Shown here: positions 59,659 to 64,000 of the stretch, piece by piece
Numbering within the stretch: position 1 is the stretch's first letter
Layout: the number at the start of each line of letters is the position of its first letter
Assembly: GCA_963805625.1 (NCBI GenBank)
Contig: CAWDVE010000019.1
Span: 384,001-448,000 of the forward strand
From: an uncultured Candidatus Rokubacteria bacterium
GTDB lineage: Bacteria > Methylomirabilota > Methylomirabilia > Rokubacteriales > DASRDR01
Length of the DNA stretch: 64,000 nt
Reading direction: 5' to 3'
Notes under the pieces: generated by a model
What the model was told of the DNA's origin: nothing
The model's database searches: none
What the model saw: only the letters and a program-made list of their open reading frames with translations
Position numbers and translations under genes: made by a program

Positions 59659-59771
59659 GTCGGCGGGCCACAGGCCCGACCCGGGGCGGCGAGTTGGTCC
59701 GCTGCAGGGGTTGGGGGGTGGCGGGAGGCATCGACTGACCGAGAGCCGCCGGTCGGGGTGAGAGCGCGCAG

Positions 59772-60719
59772 GTGAGGTCGTACGCGCTTCGCCGCGCGCT
59801 CGGTCTGCTGCCGGTCCTGCTGGCGGCGGTCGTCCTGACGTTCGTCGCCAACCAGTTCGTCCCTGGCGATCCGATCCTGACGCTCCTCAGTGACCGCTCG
59901 GGAGACGCTGCGCTTGAGGCGAGGCTCCGCGCCGAGTACGGGCTCGACCGGCCGTTGTGGCGCCAGTTCGGCACGTACGTCGCCGGCATCGTCCGCGGCG
60001 ACTTCGGCCTCTCGTTCCGGTTCGCCAGCACACCGGTGATCGACGTGATCGCGCCCGGGCTCCTGGTGAGCCCCCTCCTGGCCGGCGGTGCGCTGCTCAT
60101 CGCCGTTCCCCTGGGTGTCGCCCTCGGGACGTTCGTCGCCCTCCGGCGGAACTCCCTGTGGGACACGCTCGTCGTCCTCGTGCTGGTGGCCGGCACGTCG
60201 ATCCCGAACTTCGCCCTTGCCGCCTTTCTCGTCTACCTCCTCAGCGTCCGGCTCGGGTGGCTGCCGGTCGCCGGGTGGGGTAGCCTCGCGCAGGCGGTCC
60301 TGCCCGTGCTGCTCCTGGCCATCCCGCCGCTCGCGTACATCGCGCGGCTGTCCCGCACGTACATGCTGGAGGTCCTGCAGCAGGACTACATCCGGACCGC
60401 CCGGGCCAAGGGTCTCCGCCGGCGGCTCGTGATCTACCGCCACGCGCTCCGCAACACCCTCGTGCCGCTCCTCACCACCGTTGGCATCATCCTCGGCGGG
60501 CTCCTGTCCGGCACGTTCGTCATCGAGACCCTGTTCAACATCCCCGGGCTCGGGCGGATGGCCATCCAGTCGATCTTTGCCCGCGACTACCCGGTGACCA
60601 TGGCCATCGTCCTGCTGTTCACGTTCTTCTACGCCGGCCTCAACCTCGCGGTGGACCTTCTCTACGGCGTCATCGATCCGAGGATTCGCCTGGGGGCCGG
60701 CCGGGCGAGGCGCGCGTGA
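59772..60719 (+). CDS. Peptide ABC permease (OppB/DppB)
   Basis: PGDP, YGLDRP, GDFGLS, DYIRTARAKG, RDYP. Confidence 0.95.
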   Translation: MRSYALRRALGLLPVLLAAVVLTFVANQFVPGDPILTLLSDRSGDAALEARLRAEYGLDRPLWRQFGTYVAGIVRGDFGLSFRFASTPVIDVIAPGLLVSPLLAGGALLIAVPLGVALGTFVALRRNSLWDTLVVLVLVAGTSIPNFALAAFLVYLLSVRLGWLPVAGWGSLAQAVLPVLLLAIPPLAYIARLSRTYMLEVLQQDYIRTARAKGLRRRLVIYRHALRNTLVPLLTTVGIILGGLLSGTFVIETLFNIPGLGRMAIQSIFARDYPVTMAIVLLFTFFYAGLNLAVDLLYGVIDPRIRLGAGRARRA

Positions 60720-61603
60720 GCGGGCCCGGCACGCCGGTCGCGGCGCTCGAGGCTCTCGACCAGCGTGTGGGATCGGATTTCTGGCGGCGCTTCCAGCGGA
60801 GCCGCAACGCGCGCCTCGGGGGAGTTCTGGTCGTCCTGGTCATGCTCGTGGCTCTCGGGGCGCCGTGGCTGGCGCCCCACCGGTACGAGGACACGGACCT
60901 CCTGGCGGTCTGGGCCGAGCCCTCGCGGGCGCATCTCCTGGGTGGAGACGCGCTCGGTCGCGACGTGCTGAGCCGACTCATCGTCGGCGCCCGGATCTCT
61001 CTCCTGGTCGCGGTTTCGGTCCTTGCGCTGACGCTGACCGTGGGCGTCTTCGCGGGCATGGTTGCCGGCTACTTCGGCGGCTGGGTCGATGCCCTCCTCA
61101 TGCGGGGCGCGGACGTCGTCTTCGCGTTCCCGGAGCTCATCCTGGCGATCGTGGTGGCGGCGATGCTCGGGCCGGGCACGCGGACCGTGATCGTGGCGCT
61201 TGCGATCGTCTGGTGGCCGGGGATCGCGCGGCTGACGCGATCGCTCACGCTCGCGCTCCGGACCGAGCTGTTCGTCGACGCGGCCATCGTGAGCGGGACA
61301 CGGCCGCTCACCATCCTGCTCCGGCACGTCCTCCCGAACATCGTGCCGCCCCTCATCGTCCGGGCCTCGATCGGCGTCGGCTTCATCGTGATGGCCGAGG
61401 CGACGCTGAGCTTCCTCGGCATCGGCGTCCAGGAGCCCTTGCCCACCTGGGGCGGCATGATCCGCGACGGCCTGGTCTCGCTCCGCACGGAGCCGTACCT
61501 CGCCCTGTCCGCGAGCGTCGCCCTCGGCGTCACGATCGTCGGCTTCAACCTGCTCGGCGATGGGCTCCGCGACCTCCTGGACCCGCGGGTGCGGGACCGG
61601 TGA
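60716..61603 (+). CDS. Peptide ABC permease (OppC/DppC)
   Basis: HLLG.DALGRDVLSR, RHVLPN, LSFLGIG, GDGLRDLLDPR. Confidence 0.95.
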   Translation: MSGPGTPVAALEALDQRVGSDFWRRFQRSRNARLGGVLVVLVMLVALGAPWLAPHRYEDTDLLAVWAEPSRAHLLGGDALGRDVLSRLIVGARISLLVAVSVLALTLTVGVFAGMVAGYFGGWVDALLMRGADVVFAFPELILAIVVAAMLGPGTRTVIVALAIVWWPGIARLTRSLTLALRTELFVDAAIVSGTRPLTILLRHVLPNIVPPLIVRASIGVGFIVMAEATLSFLGIGVQEPLPTWGGMIRDGLVSLRTEPYLALSASVALGVTIVGFNLLGDGLRDLLDPRVRDR

Positions 61604-62577
61604 CCGACCTGCTGGAGGTCCGGGACCTCTCGGTCTCCTTCGTGACGCCGCGGGGACCGGTGCCGGTGCTCGACGGCGTCTCGCTGAGCGTGCGCGAGGG
61701 CGAGGTCGTCGGGCTCGTGGGGGAGAGCGGGTCCGGCAAGTCGGTCACCGCGCTCTCGATCCTCGGGCTCCTCGGCGAGCAGGGGCGGGTCGACGCGGGT
61801 CAGATCCGCCTCGACGGCCGCGATCTCCTGCCGCTGCCCGAGCGCGAGTGGCTCCGGGTGCGCGGGCGACAGATCGCGATGGTGTTCCAGGAGCCGATGA
61901 CCAGCCTGAATCCGCTGTTCCCGGTCGGCTTCCAGGTGGCGGAGGTGCTCGAGGAGCACCTCGGGCTCGGACGGCGTGAAGCGCTCGCGCGCGCCGTCGA
62001 GCTGTTCCGCGACGTCGGCATTCCCGGCCCGGAGCGCCGCGTGCGCGACTACCCGCACCAGCTCTCGGGCGGGATGCGTCAGCGCGTCATGATCGCGATG
62101 GCGATGGCGTGCCGCCCGCGGCTCCTGGTCGGCGACGAGCCCACGACCGCGCTCGACGTCACCATCCAGGCGCAGATCCTCGCGCTCCTGCGGGACCTCG
62201 GCCGGGCCGCGGGCACCGCGGTGCTGCTGATTAGCCACGATCTCGGGGTAGTGGCGGCGATGGCGAGCCGCGTGGTCGTCATGTACGCAGGGCAGGTCGT
62301 CGAGGAGGCGCCTGCCCGTGAGCTTTTCCACGAGCCGCGCCACCCGTACACGCGGCTCCTCCTGGCGGTGGTCCCCGGGGTCCGAGAGAAGCGGGCGCGG
62401 CTGTCGGCGATCGCGGGGAGCACCCCGGTCCCGTCGGCGCTTCCCGTCGGGTGCCGCTTCCATCCCCGGTGTCCCGACGCGATCCCGCTCTGCCGCGAGG
62501 CGGCGCCGACGCTCGACCCGCAGGGGCTGGCGCGCCGGGTCCGCTGCTGGCGCGCCGGGGAGGGGGTCAGACTTTGA
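61600..62577 (+). CDS. Peptide ABC ATPase (OppD/DppD)
   Basis: GESGSGKS, YPHQLSGGMRQR, HPYT, GCRFHPRC. Confidence 0.95.
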   Translation: MTDLLEVRDLSVSFVTPRGPVPVLDGVSLSVREGEVVGLVGESGSGKSVTALSILGLLGEQGRVDAGQIRLDGRDLLPLPEREWLRVRGRQIAMVFQEPMTSLNPLFPVGFQVAEVLEEHLGLGRREALARAVELFRDVGIPGPERRVRDYPHQLSGGMRQRVMIAMAMACRPRLLVGDEPTTALDVTIQAQILALLRDLGRAAGTAVLLISHDLGVVAAMASRVVVMYAGQVVEEAPARELFHEPRHPYTRLLLAVVPGVREKRARLSAIAGSTPVPSALPVGCRFHPRCPDAIPLCREAAPTLDPQGLARRVRCWRAGEGVRL

Positions 62578-62665
62578 CTTCTAAACAATTTGACGCCTAG
62601 ACCGTTGACTTCCAGACCGCAGGGCCTGCTGGGATGGAATTGTTAAGAAGTCAAAGTCTGACCCC
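62563..62665. mobile_element. 103-bp palindromic MITE/REP-like element with 28-bp inverted repeats
   Basis: GGGGTCAGACTTTGACTTCTAAACAATT ... AATTGTTAAGAAGTCAAAGTCTGACCCC (27/28 match); AT-rich relative to flanks. Confidence 0.8.
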
Positions 62666-63620
62666 GCTTCTCGCGGTCGAGGGCCTGGTGCGGGAGTTCC
62701 GGGTCGGCGCGGACGTCCTCCGGGCGGTAGACGACGTCACATTTCACGTCGATCCGGGAGAGACGCTCGGGCTCGTGGGCGAGAGCGGCTGCGGCAAGAC
62801 GACGGTCGGACGTCTGGTCCTGCGCCTCCTGCCGGCGACGGCCGGGCGCATCGTGTTTGACGGGCGGGACGTCACCGACGTCCCCGAGCGGCAGCTCCGG
62901 GAGTTCCGCCGGGCGGTCCAGGTGGTCTTCCAGGACCCGTACTCGTCGCTCAACCCGCGTCTCACCGTCCGCGACATCGTCGGGGAGCCGCTCCGGAACT
63001 TCGGCGCCACGCGCAGCGCGGCCGCCGCGCGGGTGGGCGAGCTGCTCGACACGGTCGGTCTGCCCCCGGGCTACATGACGCGCTACCCCCACGCCTTCAG
63101 CGGTGGCCAGCGGCAGAGGATCGGGATCGCGCGGGCCCTCGCCCTCGGCCCTCGCCTCCTCGTGTGCGACGAGGCCGTATCCTCGCTCGACGTCTCGGTC
63201 CAGGCGCAGGTCTTGAACCTGCTCGCCGACCTCCAGCGCCAGCTCGGGCTCGCGCTCCTGTTCATCTCGCACAACCTCGCGGTCGTGCGTCACGTCAGCC
63301 ACCGCGTGGCGGTGATGTATCTTGGCCGGCTGGTCGAGATTGCACCGGAGGCAGCTCTCTTCGACCACCCGCGTCATCCGTACACGCGAGCGCTGCTTGC
63401 GGCGGTGCCCGAGGCGGGCCCCGACGCCGTGCCACCGGCCGTCCTGCCGGGCGAGATCCCGAGCCCGCTCGACCCGCCGGCAGGCTGCCGGTTCCAGACA
63501 CGCTGCCCCCGGGCCGAGGCGCGCTGCCGCACCGCCGAGCCGCCACTCACGGAAGAGCAGCCCGGCCGCTGGGTGCGCTGCCACTTCCCGGAGCCGGAGC
63601 CCTTGAGGCGAACGGCCTGA
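62634..63620 (+). CDS. Peptide ABC ATPase (OppF/DppF)
   Basis: GESGCGKT, FQDPYSSLNPR, FSGGQRQR, GCRFQTRC. Confidence 0.95.
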   Translation: MELLRSQSLTPLLAVEGLVREFRVGADVLRAVDDVTFHVDPGETLGLVGESGCGKTTVGRLVLRLLPATAGRIVFDGRDVTDVPERQLREFRRAVQVVFQDPYSSLNPRLTVRDIVGEPLRNFGATRSAAAARVGELLDTVGLPPGYMTRYPHAFSGGQRQRIGIARALALGPRLLVCDEAVSSLDVSVQAQVLNLLADLQRQLGLALLFISHNLAVVRHVSHRVAVMYLGRLVEIAPEAALFDHPRHPYTRALLAAVPEAGPDAVPPAVLPGEIPSPLDPPAGCRFQTRCPRAEARCRTAEPPLTEEQPGRWVRCHFPEPEPLRRTA

Positions 63621-63628
63621 GGCCTGCC

Positions 63629-64000
63629 ATGCTGGTCGAGCGCACGCACTACTACGCCAAGCCCGGTCGCGCCGCGGAGGTTCTCACCGCACGGCGGCGG
63701 GCGTCGGAGGTGCGGGTCATGCTCGGCCTCCGGCGCGGCCGTATTCTCGCGAAGGTCGATCCCGGCGGTGACGGCCCCGACGTGACTTGGGAGTGCGCCT
63801 TCCCGGATGCGGCGGCGCATGCGAGGGACCTCGAGGCTCGTGGGCAGAGTCCCGAGTTCGGCGCCGTCCGGGCCCGGATGACGGTCCTGATCGACCGGTT
63901 CGAGCGCCTCGTCCTGGTCCCCGACGCCGACGCCTCCGCCGACGTCGAGCCAGATGCGGCCCGCCCGGTGGTGCCGGCCGAGGTCAGCCTGCCGAGCGAC
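63629..64000 (+). CDS. Partial gene: NIPSNAP/dimeric alpha-beta barrel-like N-terminal domain, open at window edge
   Basis: MLVERTHYYAKPGRAAEVL..PDVTWECAFPD..SPEF; no stop before 64000. Confidence 0.6.
   Translation, partial: MLVERTHYYAKPGRAAEVLTARRRASEVRVMLGLRRGRILAKVDPGGDGPDVTWECAFPDAAAHARDLEARGQSPEFGAVRARMTVLIDRFERLVLVPDADASADVEPDAARPVVPAEVSLPSD

Noticed and set aside
1-64000. CRISPR arrays, tRNA/rRNA, transposases, integrases, defence systems, selenocysteine read-through
   Set aside because: No regularly spaced repeats, cloverleaf signatures or relevant protein motifs seen by eye

Overview
High-GC (~70%) bacterial chromosomal window. The gene content (TRAP/TTT/ABC transporters, LLM-class oxidoreductase, cyclase-family hydrolase, OmpA lipoprotein, hence diderm) is reminiscent of soil Rokubacteria/Methylomirabilota; this is inference only. 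Two parts. (1) Positions ~1-25,050 form a stress/dormancy/macromolecule-repair island: RtcA, Gln-dependent NadE, 3 USPs, 2 DUF2267, YbaK, archaeal-type SAM synthetase, PIMT, DksA/TraR, orphan 2-oxoacid dehydrogenase E1 alpha/beta, NUDIX, DASS carrier, MacAB-like exporter, MgtA, ZIP and OsmC. By eye, most of its transcription units carry a sigma-54 (-24/-12) promoter, and several of these sit 55-140 bp from a shared 18-bp palindrome TGRGG-N8-CCYCR, suggesting an undescribed co-regulated regulon. (2) Positions ~25,050-64,000 are transport/catabolism genes: TRAP, sugar ABC, TTT, a second MacAB-like exporter, envelope lipoproteins and an Opp/Dpp operon. Two paralogous divergent PaaK-like adenylate-forming enzymes are coupled to an importer and an exporter. 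A 103-bp palindromic insertion supplies the stop codon of oppD and the start codon of oppF. At least six deletion scars or gene remnants are present. No rRNA, tRNA, CRISPR array or transposase was recognised. Start codons were adjusted by eye from the ORF track; all family calls come from motif recognition, not database searches.
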